Below, piece by piece: positions 26,230 to 39,553 of a stretch of DNA of 64,000 nucleotides; the first letter of the stretch is position 1; the number at the start of each line of letters is the position of its first letter. Both the position numbers and the translations under genes were made by a program. The notes under the pieces are model-generated. The model was given only the letters and a program-made list of their open reading frames with translations. It ran no database searches and was not told the origin of the DNA. The DNA is from Tubiluchus corallicola (taxonomy: Eukaryota; Animalia; Priapulida): assembly GCA_030141605.1 (NCBI GenBank), contig JAQGDQ010000268.1, positions 143,305 through 207,304 of the forward strand, in the 5' to 3' direction.

Positions 26230-26570
26230 TGAAAAAAATGTAAAGAATATGTTAAAAAAATTCGTCTAAAAGAAACCAGTGAGATTATGAAAATAAAGCT
26301 GAATATGACAAAAATTAAGTGCAATTACAAGGACTTCTGTAAGAATGATTTATTGTGTCCTACGTGTAGTTCAGCAGAGTATTCCACTGAGCATCTTTTC
26401 AACTGCAAAGAAAACCAAACGTTAATAAAAGAAGCAAATGTGAAGGCAGTCATAATTCTAAGTGAAAATTGGAAAACAATGAAAAGAATATGTGATTATA
26501 TTGAAAATTGTATAAGTCTCAGAAAATGTTTGATAAAGAATTTAAACCGAAAAGTGATGAATAAAATAGT
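26230..26570 (+). mobile_element. 3' fragment of non-LTR retrotransposon ORF2
   Basis: KIKLNMTKIKCNYK...LLCPTCSSAEYSTEHLFNC carries the CxxC-H-C knuckle typical of LINE ORF2 C-termini; AATAAA follows. Confidence 0.6.
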
Positions 26571-27047
26571 GTATCAAGGAACCTTGTCACTATGTTGTTA
26601 CTTGGGGGCACATCCTTAGAGATGAAGTGGGTTCAGCGTACTCGCAGTATTCACAATTGAAATACTTCGATTAGTGTCCTACTTCACTCGCGACTTTAAT
26701 AAAGTCCCCAAACTTGTTAAATGCGTCGCTGATGGATTACGAAATTACCTCACTTTCAGCGAGTCACGGTCTTCGCGAGACATTACGAGATCACGTATCC
26801 GCCATTGTGTGGTTGTTCTTCCTGTTTTTATTGATAATTTCACAATTTTACGTTTTATTTGTACTATATTGTTAGTTGTAGATTAAACTAACTTCAGACT
26901 TTTCACGTCTTCATCTTATTAACTAATTTGACTAACGTAGAGGGAACAAGGTTTTCGTCTTTAACGCATTTCGCTTATTGTGTAAATTTACCAGTCGATA
27001 GTCGCGGCAAAAGTGTAGACTTTCTTAGTGTAAATCGATAAAAAGTG

Positions 27048-30000
27048 ATGTCGTCTGGAGTAAACCAGGTACTAATTGTTAGTATCACCTTTCATCGAAC
27101 AAAATATACTGTAAAATTAATAACTGGTGGTTTCTGAAGTGTTTACTAGGATTGGCCTTGACTGAGCAAGTTAGCATAAGCCGTGCTTAAGGTTGCCTTT
27201 AGTTTAAGTTTGTTGGTACTTATCTTGGAATTTAGTAATTTTACTTTGCATTTTTAACAAAATGCATTCTTCACATAACTGACCTCAATGGATACAAAAC
27301 ATTTTTATAAGCTTCTAAAAAACAGTCAACCACAAAATAAAATTTACTCCAATTTCCAAGAAGATTTCTATAAATTGCTAAAATACGCCATGCATGTTTG
27401 TGCTGAAGTCTTGTTCAAAAGTACTCCTTGACAAGTTGTTAACCGACTAACATTGAAGATTGTAATCTCGTAAATCAAAACAGTGACGCCAATGAAACCA
27501 GTGAAATCTTGGTGGCACAGGCAAACTGGACTTTTAAAGATAACTTCATGCAAACTTATGCGAATGAAAGTATTATGTGACATTAAGAACGGGGTATGAC
27601 ATTATTTGCATTAAGAACGGGGTATGCATTTCTCTGCGAGTTATTGAAGCTCACTTGATTTTGGTATTATTCCATCTTTAAGCATTATGTTACCACCACC
27701 CTAAGCAAACTCAGTTTATAAAGAAGTTTAAAGTTTGCAGTGATAGTCAGTATAAATTATATTTGTTTTGTTCATTCTATTTTTCTTTTCAGCCAAGAAT
27801 AAAAGAACAAGTTGGAACACCAGGTAATAAACATATATATCACTTTGTATGATAACTTTTTGGCTATTTCCATTTTTATGGCCTCATTTTTAAATTTAAG
27901 TTGTTGTGCTAGGAAAGAATTTTAATGTGTAATTCTGCCAAAGTTTCTAGCCATTAGGAATATCAGGCACGTGGTTGATGTAGAAACGAAAACTTGAAAT
28001 GGACACTGAAACCGAAATAGAAATGAAAACCCAACGAACACCAAAATGCCTATAGAAAATTAATCAATTATAATAGAAAATGAGACTTTCTAAGAAAATT
28101 GTAGCCCTTGTCATAACTGTGCTATATGGCCTGCATCAATGCAAATTGTATAGTGGGACAAAGTTATCCCACATTCAAATTCTCAATTCAGTAACAATCC
28201 TGATTCAGTAAAATGCAATATTGCATTTAAGTTTGTATGCCTGGGAGTCTGGAGATTACACTCTGAGAAAAATATTTGCAAAACATGGCTTCATAACTAA
28301 ATTTCACTTAATACCAAATATACACATCCAAATACACATTAGAACAGGTGAAACTGGTGAGAATATGGCAAAGTAGCACATTATCTGAATCTGTTTATGA
28401 AAATATTTCTCTGTCACGTAATCTCCACATTTTGTTTGTACATTATTAATTCTAGTACTCTTTTTATTACATGCCAGTTTCCGGTATTAAAACTGTCATA
28501 CAGGTTCTGGTATATTGGTGCATCACTAAAATAAATCAAGGTGCATTACTTTTAGAAACTTGTGCATATGTTAAGCTTCAGAAATGTTTGTTTAAGCTTC
28601 TTTTGTTTAATTGTGAATAAACAGATTTGTTATTGATCGTTGATTTGTTACATGTGATTACTTTATTTTAGGTGGAACTTATAAAGATGGAAATGAAGAA
28701 TTTGATGCTTATATTCATAGTCAGCAGCAGGTATTTAATAGCAGCTAATTATTTTAAATTTGACTTTCAGTTTAATATGTCCTTTGAAGTTTTACCGTGG
28801 TGTTAAATAGAGTTTGAATTCCATTTATGCTTGTTACCTTGTTTAATGTATGCAGCTTTTTGCATTTGCACTTCATGGGTGTTAGTGCCATTCGAAAGTA
28901 ATGCATTACGCACTTTTTTACCACACATAAAATTACCTTCTGCTTCTTGCATATGCACTCCTGTCTGCACTTTATGCATCTCATGCAAGGTGGATGCAGA
29001 AAACAGTTAAATCGAAATTTTATATCTTGGAGGTCACGTCATTCTGTACTCTTTTTTCCTACAAGCGCATGCTTGTGTAATGCATTTCTCAAGACTGCAA
29101 AAGAAATTGGACTAAAATATGATTTGTGTCACTTCGACTTTGCTCTAACAAAAATTACTCTTGAGCATAATGGTTTTCTGTGTACAGTAAGTCCTCACTT
29201 AACAAAACTAATACTTTCCGGCAAATCGAAATCAAAATTTCCATAGAAAGTAATGTAAAAGAATTGAGATACGTTCCTCACGCAAAAATCAATGTTGCTT
29301 AAATCATATAAATTAAACGTTGTATGAGTTTTTTATGGTTTCTACTAATTAATTTCTTTCTGCTTGCTTGATACCACCTATCTTTCTTACCAATACGTAC
29401 CTAGCGAGCAGTTTCTCTTTCATTAAGCTAAGCCTAGGCAGCTACTAAACAATAAACACTGCAGAGTCAAAGCCAAGCGCTGCATGAGGCGACATTGGAA
29501 ATTTTATGCCTAAATACTGTATCATTCATTACGTAGTCTGGTTGATAAACGAACGGGTAGCAATTATAATTTCTTCTCACAAAGTGTGTTCACAGGTCTC
29601 GTTTGATATGTTTGGCAGTTAGTATGGTAGTCATTCGGGAAGCAAAAACATGAATAGTAATTGCGCTGTTTATGTTTACTAATGCACTTTTAAAACAAAA
29701 TAATGCAATATGTGCCATTCTAATACTACATATTGAGTAAAAAAGTTGTTGATAAATAAAAAGTAGCTTTCAACAAAGTAAAGAAATCATCAAGCGAGGA
29801 CTTACTGTATGTCATACCATGCTTTCTCGCAGAGCATTATTGTAATTCTTTTAAAAACCAAGAAAGTTTTCTAGTCAGCATAATAATCTGAGGTGCTGCT
29901 GCTGTCTATACTAGAGCTGTGTCTCTTATTGAGGTCTTGGCAGTCGGGGCTTGATTTAGGGGGTCCATACTGGTGCACATAAAATGTGAATTTGCACATT

Positions 30001-33000
30001 CAATACAAAATTTAGAGCATCCATTTGAGCACCTCAAAGTTCAACATATTAATAGTAGAAATGACTACTCAGATATAAAATAAGTCGGTTGCCAATGTTA
30101 CCTACTGTACTCAACCATTTGCTAAACTTGCATGAATAAAATTTTGACCCTTTATGCAACTAAAAAGTAATAGTTAAAAAAGTTTCCCAAATGCTGTCGA
30201 CTGCTGTGTGCTGACAGTGAATTTCACAAACTAATGAGTGCAAGTCACAATAACACTCGAAGAACGCGTGAGTCTCACCACTCTGTACTTGGTGTTTGCA
30301 TATTTTGCATACTCATTTCCTATCAAGTTGCTATAATGCAGGAATATAATAAAAGATCATCATTAAGTGAAGAAACTTTGTATGATTTGATGACTTTGCT
30401 GCTCGGTACCAACTTTCAGCGTGATCAAAGATTCTTGGAGAGTTGGTGAATCAGAAAGTTAGGAGACCATAATCTGCCATTTTCCTGATTCGAACGTCTG
30501 TCCATAAAATTTTACTTCACGTTTATGGTCACCTGTAAAATGGCCATTAATTTTTTTCCTGAAAATTAAAACAATGTTTGCAGTTTTGCTGAGTTTTATT
30601 TAGTAGAAAATTGTATAACTGTTATATTAATCTATGTGAAAATATGAATCCACTAGTCTATTTTACTCTACTTCTCTGTAACACCATTTCTGGAAAATAC
30701 ACGCTTATACAAATACCACATTGTATAAGCTATTGCACAATGGTGCATCTAAATTTGAATGTGAGGCAGAAATTAGTGCAGCTATATAAATAATCTGAAG
30801 CGATGACTGGTTAAGAGTGTAAGGCTTGTAAGGGGCCATTCTGCTTTTCTCTTTAGATCTGGTTCAGAAACAACAGATATCTTTAAAGTTTTCTGGGCAG
30901 CTTCCTAATGGTAAGCGAACATATATGTTTTGATGCTGTGTGCAGCAATAGGTAGTGCTATAGCTATAGAGCTTATATTGCATTTTTGGTTTTGTGTGTT
31001 TCATGTAGTAAATTTGAAATTTATTTGCAAAGAACACTTATGAATTCAGTAGTAAACATTGTTATTACAAATATTAAAATGATAACTTTCATCTTATTTT
31101 TGTTCAGATGGGCTGGCCTTTAAAGATACTGTGCATCTATGTAACTATGTCTGACTTACTTAAACGCTTCCACAAATACTTTTAAGTTTCTTTTTTGATT
31201 AAAGATTTTTTTACCCTTTCACATACTGCAAGTGAGAATCCAGCATTCAGAGGCAGGGCCTACTCATTGTGCTGTTTGCGACTTGAGCATTTCCTGGCTT
31301 GTTATCAAGGTGTGCCTTCTGAGATGACCCGCTGAACCAGCAGCAGTCTCGGCTTTTCTCAAATGTATATACAATTATACATCCTCCCTTAAATCCATTT
31401 ATGAGATAAACAGCCATCGTCATTATGGCAAATAAAACTTGCCAGAGCGAGTATCACGATCAGGGTTGACTGCCGATAATTGCACTTTCGGTTAAGTTTT
31501 GGTTTTGGCGAAATTTATTAAATTTCGTAGCCGAAATTTCCGTAGCATTTTTCCGAGGTTTTACTAGTATTTATCCAGTTTACCTTTTCTTTTCTCTTAG
31601 GTGTCAAAAATCGCAGCTGAATTAATTCAAAGAAAGCGAAAATTTCATTAACATAAAACTTTGTCACATGCTTTTACCAGCAATGAAGCGTATGTTCACT
31701 GCTGACGACTGTGAAGTTTTATGGTTTCCAGGCCCAATCAATCGAAATATCAAACCACGTTCGAATTTACTTGAGCAAAATTTTTATAATTTATGAAATA
31801 TAGGCAACAAAATAAGATTTGTTTATTTTTAGTGAAGCATTATGATCTTTAAACACTAATCATTAAGGATACTTAAATCCAAAAACATAACACAGTTTCT
31901 AAGTTAAGCCACTCTATCAAACTCGAGGTTCTATACTATAAAACTTTCTTGCCCTTTTGTATTAGAATTTTTTATCAGTAATTTTGCATCACAGCAAATA
32001 AAAGCAAACAAACAAAAACAAAATATTTTACTTTAGAATTTTCTTTTTTCAGTTTTAATAGTGGTTGGTTTTGCCAAAATGTTTTGGTTCGATTTCGTTT
32101 CACTATCAGTTTCCTATGTTTCATAAATTTCAGTTTTGGTTTGTAAAAATTTAGATCCTGATCAGGATCCTGTCCATGCAAAATGTGTGGGGACTACTAG
32201 ACTATCAACCCTGTATTAAAGACATAAGTGATGATCGCCAACCATTAATAAATTTTAGTTGAGATAAATTTATCCCTTGCACCCACTGTCATTTAGTGTC
32301 CAGTATATATTTTTTATGTTCACTTTTTCATGTATTTTGTATGTTTCAGTACAACAGCATGGGAGGAGATCCATACGCATCTAGTTACTATCCTGCTGCC
32401 ATGACATTTCCATATGTAAACCAAGGCATCAGTGATGGAGCTTGGTCCAGCGGAGGTGATCCTACTATGGCATTTTTGGGTTCTGCATATGGAGATCAGC
32501 AAAGTCAGTACATGTCGTCTGATGCAGTATTCGGACAGTCCAGTTTTAGCTACAATCAACCAGGTTTTAACTTTTTCCCTAGTGGTGACTACAACACTTG
32601 GGGCAGTACAGCTCGGCCTGCTGCACGAAATAATCAGGGCTATAGAGAGGACTACTACACGGACTACGGTATGCCCAATGGAATGGACAGGACTGTTTCT
32701 AATATGAGACAAATTGAGCAAGGCATGGGTGGATTAAACTTGAGAGAGGGCACTTCAGGGCGTGACTCCATGCGACAGGGTGGTGGTGATGTTATGAAAT
32801 CTATGGATTCTGGTTCTGGCGGACATATGTCTGGCCCAAAGAAAATGACATGGGCTACAGTTGCTAGCCAACCTGCTAGAGCTCAGCCAAAAATTAAGCC
32901 TAAGAGCATCCCACCGGCTCCTATCTTGCCAGGTAAGAGCATGGACATTGGTATGTGGGAGAATAAGAACAGCATGACAAAAATGGGCGGCGTTCAGTCT

Positions 33001-36000
33001 CGTCAAAGCTGGGGTGCGCCAAGAGGCCGAGGAATTCCGGGAGCGTACAGTACAGTTCCAACGCCTCAGGTGATTCCAGGTGCAAGTATCCATCAGCAGC
33101 CAATTATGCACCAACCACCTGTACAAATTGAACGTGAACCTGAACCTGTGTATGAAATACATGAGGTACGTGAATCTAGGCCTCGTCGTGCGACGCCTCC
33201 CTTGCAAAACCACAATAGTGACTCTCCGCCGAGCAACCCTGTTGTCAAAAAACTGCTCAGCAGCGATGATTATAATCCAAAAGATTTTGACACGAACCCT
33301 AAGAATGCCCGATTCTTTATCATTAAAAGTTATTCTGAGGACGACATTCACCGCTCTATCAAGTACGGGATTTGGTGCAGCACTGAGCACGGTAACCGGA
33401 GACTCGATGCTGCAATGAAAGAACGCTCTGGAAAAGGGCCAATCTATTTGTTTTTTAGTGTGAATGGTAGTGGCCATTTCTGCGGCGTTGCGCAAATGAT
33501 GACTGAGGTGGATTACGATACGATTACTGGTGTGTGGGCCCAAAGTAAGTGGAAAGGACAGTTTCAAGTGAAATGGATTTTTGTGAAGGATGTACCTAAT
33601 CAGCAGCTTCGGCATATACGATTGGAAAATAATGAAAACAAGCCGGTAACAAACTCTAGAGACACGCAAGAGGTGCCACCCGAAAAGGGCAAGCAAGTCT
33701 TAAAGATTATTGCCAGTTATCGACACAGCACCTCCATTTTTGATGATTTCATCCACTATGAAAAGCGTCAGGAAGAGGAAAACATGAAAAGGGCAAGTTA
33801 TTTATTAATATTATTGAAAGAAATTAATTAGCTTGTAAAAATAAGGTGAACTTCTATAACACACAAAAATTATGAAATTTTTTAAAAGAAAAAGTTGGTA
33901 AATTTCCTGTTCTGCTCTTAAAACTCGTCCGCATATTTTACCTCATTGTTCATTTAATTTCACTATTCTTGTTTTAAGTAGTCCTGTGTAAAACCAAAAA
34001 TTTAAATTTTTATTTTGACCTGCTATATGCATAATTTTAGTAATTGAGTGCTAGAAATTAAATTGATTTTTATCGGTTATATTTATAGTTTACAAGACAG
34101 GTGAAAAACTAGTAGTATGTGGCTTTTGTAAATTAATTTGCAGCGCAAAGTTAATGCAAATGCCTTAGCTAGTAATGCAAATTAACTAATCATCAGGTCT
34201 TACGCACCCTATTGAAAATATGTCAGTCAGAGACACAAACCTTACAAAATGTGCAACTTGTATTTCATAGGCAAAAACGTAGTTTAGTTTAGCATTGGTT
34301 AGTTGAATCCTTTTTTATCTTTTCCTTTGTAGTCATACAAGTCCTCTGTGAGAACAGTGTTCTACCATATAAATGTTTGCACATACAAAGTCAAATCATG
34401 TTACAGTTGACGGTCTGTGTTTTAATACTGTGTTTCACTTACCTCACTTATTAAATTCTTTCATTTGTTACCTTTACTTATTTGCAATTTAAAAAATGAG
34501 ATCGCTTCAAACGTGGACACAGCCATTTTGAACGATAAATTGCATTATCCTGTTTCGGTGCAATATAAGGATGTATCCCACCAGGTGCTTCAACGAACTT
34601 TTGCAGCTGCAGTTACTTAATAAGTAACAAACAATAAGTAACGTTATCAACTACAAACAATCCAAAATCTAACGAGAGATTATTAATAAGTATTTTTTTT
34701 TGCTTTTTGATGAATACCATTGCCCACTATGTCATGAAAAGCAGTTACAGACCATAATATAATTACCTCCTATATTTAATGTTATTGCAGATTGATCCAA
34801 TGACTAATTTTTGCATAAATACAGTTAAACAGATTTACAGTAGTGGAATTTCTAGTGAATTGTATAATCTTTGTTACATGTGTCTTTGTGCTGCCACCAG
34901 CTTACGTCATCTTTTTTTCAAATATGCCCGCAGGGAGGTTTGTTTGGCGGGAGATACAAATCATTTTAATTTCTTTTGCATTTTTCTGCATGACATTTTA
35001 TGGATGTATATTATGTGGTAATTTCAATATTTTAAGTGTGTATTAAATACATTGAATGTTGTTCGAGGGCTGGTTTTCCTTTAATAAAGAAAATGCTACT
35101 ATGTCCAGTAATTTAAGAATTAGATATTATTTCTGTCTTAATTTAGTTACCTGCTCTGGGAGTTATTACACTTTTATTTTTCACTTGTGATGTCATTTTA
35201 AATGCAGACTACCAGAACAAGTAATATGTATTTGAAAGAATCTAGAAAAAGTATATTAGAGCTGTTTGAAAAAGTGGTTTATGTATCGCTCAATATATTT
35301 TCTCATGTGCGAACTCTTCTAGTTTACGACAACAAAGTCGCATTTACACATAAATGATTACTTTGTCTGAAATTTGTTCTGTCACCAAAAGCTGCAAACT
35401 TGGCTCTCTGTCAAGTTTTGCCATATTTTGTAGCTGTCAAGCGGGACTTGATCCAAGAGTGTTTGATGGCCATCGGTCGAGTTTATTTTGTTCAGACAAG
35501 CTAGATTAGCTAATTTTGCTAAAGTTAATCAACGCAGTGTATAGTAGCAAGAATGTGGCAATACTTTTGAGCCTTACTATAGCGACTTACTGTTAAATCT
35601 GCTGCCTGATTAGTTTTTGCTCACTGGTTAGGTGACTTATGCACGCCACCTTTGAGTCTAGCTAGTCGTAATGTTTGCACTGCATTAGTTGTTAAAAAGC
35701 ACAAGTGATAAAAGAACAGAAACTGCGGTTAAAATATGATGGTACATAATGAATTTAGCAGACATTTCAAAAATGTCGAGCACCTTTAACATTACATTAC
35801 GAGTGTTGCTCATGTATCGTATAATATATTTATATATATTACAGCAGCAGCAGCAGCAGTAGTAGCAGTAGCAGCAGCAACAGCAGCAGTAGTAAGAACA
35901 TTGACATGACAAAGCAATTATACAAAGCTGTAATAGCAGTTGCAGGATGACAGTCCTATAAATAACGGATCAAAACATTTTTTTACAAATGTTAAAGTTT

Positions 36001-36702
36001 ACAACGTATAAGAATTTCCATCATAAATACAATAAGTAGTTTATTATTAAAACTGTGATGTTGATTGAAGTATTAGTTTGGGCAAAAACGGAGAGTTTGT
36101 GAGGTCCAAAATTTTTACACCTCTATGCAGCATCAGGGAGCGAGTAAACAAAAAGTCACATCCTAATTAATGTATTGCCACTTTCTCAGATACAGTATGC
36201 ACAGCTCTAGAGATTACAGGGCACAAGTTTTGCTGACTATCACAAATAATTTTTTCAGACTATTTTTGTATGAATCTCGTAAATAATAAATTAATCCACT
36301 TGGAGTGATACGGTTGTCCCAGGCTCCAGACATTCCACATTTGTGTGGTACTGTTTATCCAGAGTAGTGCACAGATTGTGTGGGACATGGTACTTTCCGA
36401 TTTGTAGTCCTTAGTCTCTGTCTAGAAATATGAAGATGCAGTTTTGCTGCTGCTTATCTTGTTCTTCCATCTTTTGAGTGAACAATGAACTATCAACACC
36501 GAAGAATCTATTTTTTGCCTGTGTTTATGTGTATATATGCATGTTAATTATGTATGTATGTTTATATATATATATATAAACTTGTTTGTACATTATAATG
36601 AAGTGTTTATTGTATTTTCAGGATGGTGGTCACCGTAGTGATCGCGGTGAAAGAGGCGACAGAGGTGGCGATAAAGGGAATGATCGTGGAAGAAGGCACT
36701 AA
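27048..36702 (+). CDS. YTHDF: YTH domain-containing family protein (cytoplasmic m6A reader), 5 coding exons
   Basis: Exons 27048-27068 (MSSGVNQ), 27793-27823 ([10 protein letters not shown]), 28672-28730 ([20 protein letters not shown]), 32350-33792 ([15 protein letters not shown]...YTH domain [26 protein letters not shown]...[10 protein letters not shown]...NSRDTQEV), 36622-36702 ([26 protein letters not shown]). Exon layout parallels vertebrate YTHDF1-3; aromatic-cage tryptophans are intact. Confidence 0.95.
29185..29807. mobile_element. Tigger/pogo-like MITE in YTHDF intron 3
   Basis: TA|CAGTAAGTCCTCACTTAA ... CAAGCGAGGACTTACTG|TA; TA target duplication. Confidence 0.8.
31461..32213. mobile_element. 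Non-autonomous DNA element with CAGGGTTGA termini
   Basis: CAGGGTTGA at 31461 and TCAACCCTG ending 32213; TTTCGG/TTTTGG subterminal repeats; no clear TSD. Confidence 0.55.
35842..35893. repeat. (CAG/TAG)n trinucleotide microsatellite, intronic
   Basis: cagcagcagcagcagcagtagtagcagtagcagcagcaacagcagcagtagt. Confidence 0.9.
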
Positions 36703-39100
36703 CCCTGCACGACTCTCCAGCGGGCAGCAGGAATATGAGAAATTAGTGCGTTAGCTATCGGCCCCTGCAGCTGCCATAATGGGCCATCGCGCATCAGTGA
36801 ACGAAAAAATATTATTCTCTCGTTATGCACAATTAGGATTGGTGTGTAAAATTAATGGTGATTTGGATGTGACAGTGTCATACTCTTTAATATAGTAAAC
36901 TTTTTGTGTCGGACTTGCGTAGTATTCTTTGATTACTTACCCGTATGAACCTATATAGATAAACATACTTATAGATATATTATTTTAAAACAATTCATAT
37001 TTGACATCTATGCGCTATAGTGTTGAGTAACTTGCTTCAACAAATACTGTTTTCAGTTTTAACAACTCCAGGGCAGTATCTCCTGACATTACCTAAGTTG
37101 CGAGTACGTGGACTGCTTTGTGCGGCAGTGCAGACTTTGGGACATCTTCAAAAACTGCTATAATCCATATGTGAAAAATCATGGGTGTGATCGCTTATTG
37201 ACGGTGTTGCAAACACATAAAGACAGGCACTTGCCTCTCCGGTAACCTAGCGTGAAATGAAGTAATCACTGTTGAGTAACTTGAAATTGACGCTGGCCTT
37301 GTGAATATGGTTTATTGCATTCGCATCTGTGGTTTGGATGCTTTCATGTGCTGTGTAATGTTGCAACTTGTGAAAAGAACAAACAGAAACTGTAAATTTC
37401 AATGACTGTAAGACTGTTTTTAAGCCAACAGTGAAACTACCTGTTTTTTTCCGAAGAGAGACATCCTGCCTAGTAGTCAGCTGTGATTGTAAATATCTGC
37501 TCTCTACAACGAGTGTTCAAAGACATTTTGCAGATGATCGGCCGTAGTTGTATAGTTAATCATATCCACACTTGGTTACGGTGCTCGAGACAAAACTTCA
37601 ATTTTTTAAATTATTTCTTACATTGAAACAAAATATCTTTGCACTACTTCGAATTGTTTGAGCTCAGATGCTGAAACGACTGCTTGAATATTTCTAATGA
37701 AGTTAGAGAAATTAGGTAAATGAAATGGCCACGAATTAGCGAAACTTAATCAATTGTTGGTTAGTGAGATTAGTAGCTTTATCTTACAGTTGCTTATATT
37801 TCATTTCATCTTAATCTCATGTAGTTTTTGAACTAGTGTTAGCCTGTTCAATTTCAAAAACTTGCCCCTTTTGCAAAATAGTGTTGCCAATTATAATGTC
37901 ATTTCATTCAAAGTAGAGAATAACTTCACCTAGTAGCTTTTATATAACAGTGTAAGCAGGAATTGGTAATTGCTAAACTCATAAATATATCATCGTCAAT
38001 TGCAAAATGGGCCGGATCATCTATTAGGCATAACACGCACAGTAGACAAGACTTATTAAAAGGGCACTAAAGCTTTTGGGCTTTGTAAATTTTCAAGTAA
38101 TGAAATTTTTTTATGGTACAGTGTTTGACATATAACTAGTAGCGTCTGAGAAACAGCTCCGTTTTGTAGTTACACATCAAACTATCAGAGCTGAATTTTC
38201 AGTCCTGTTAAATGCAGCATTTTATATTTCACAAGTGACCGATTAAATAATTACTGGATTTGAAATTAGATAGATATTAACAGTGTTTTGTTTAGAACAA
38301 TTTGCTTTAAAAAAATTAGTGCAGAGAGAATGAGAACTTTCTGAGCTGCTAAACGAATTTAACGGAGCATTTTCGCTATAAGATTTGTTACTAATCACCT
38401 GAGTATGTTTTATGGCATGTATTACAAATGTTGAATTTTTAATTACTAAAATATTAGAGCAAATTATTAGTGGACGGGAAAGAAATTGGTTTTCTAATTT
38501 AACAGTATGACTTTAAATTGATATAACAATGGGTGAGCGATTTTTTTACATCTAACAAATGGTAAACTTATTAATGGATTATTTGTTCACTATTGCCCTT
38601 GAATACAGCATAGAACTCTGGTTTGTGTATACTAAATAAATCAGTTGTTATAAGCACTGGAGACTGCTTATAAATGAAAATAATGTTAGTTCCATTTGTG
38701 TTCTTTAGAGGTATTTGCTAAATATAGTCTATGTGTACTATTGTTGATATGAGTACAATCGACAAAAAGCATTAAAAATTGTTAAAATTATCACGTGTTG
38801 GAAGTTTTTAACTCTGTTATACGTTTTTGGTACAAGAGCAATTTACATAGTTGTCGCTGGCACTGCAGTTAAAAGTCAAACCCTGACAATTTCTATTATA
38901 GTGAATTGACTGAATTCCCTAGGCCTACCAACAGTTGATGCCAGAATCCTAGGAGTGAACTGTAGTATACATATTCCCAATCAGAAGTCAAACAGCAAGG
39001 GTAGCTGATTTGATGACCAATTGGTAGCTACCCTTTCTTCTCACCCCCCCCCCCCAACTCTTTCCTTTATGCATAATTTATCCTGATTAGTTAATAACTA

Positions 39101-39553
39101 CAGTAAACCTCGGATATAAGGGACACCTCCGGACCAGAAAATATCGTCCCTTATAGTCGAAGTTGAGTCAGACCTAGGGTGTATCTAGATCTGTACTTTT
39201 ACCCATATTTTTATGGATTATTGCTACACATTCAGTGCAAACTGCATGTAGGAAGCTCCTTCAGTGATGCGAGATGTATGTGACACCGGAACCGAGCCGT
39301 TCGAAGGCCGAGTTTGTGAAAAATTGAGGTTTAAAATCTATCAAGTTCGCTTTGATCATAGGGTCCCTTATATGCGAGGTAATTTACCTGGGTTTCTATT
39401 ACGCGGGACCTGAAGATATCGTCCCTTATAACAAAAAGTCCCCTATATCCGAGTACCTTATATACGAAGATTTTTACATAGGAAAAACGTTACGAAAAAT
39501 CGGGACCGGTGGTGGTCCCTTATAAGCGAGTACCTTATACCCGAGGTTGACTG
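39101..39553. mobile_element. Tigger/pogo-like MITE
   Basis: TA|CAGTAAACCTCGGATATAAGG ... CCTTATACCCGAGGTTGACTG|TA; internal GTCCCTTATA repeats. Confidence 0.85.

Noticed and set aside
32296-32349. ORF-track N-terminus of YTHDF ([18 protein letters not shown])
   Set aside because: This is the polypyrimidine tract and acceptor of intron 3; the true N-terminus is in three small upstream exons.
32755-33696. 313-aa antisense ORF (and other overlapping ORFs) over YTHDF exon 4
   Set aside because: Shadow of a long GC-richer coding exon; non-ATG start and no recognisable domain.
35685-35912. Cys-rich metallothionein-like ORF
   Set aside because: It is a translation of a (CAG/TAG)n microsatellite.
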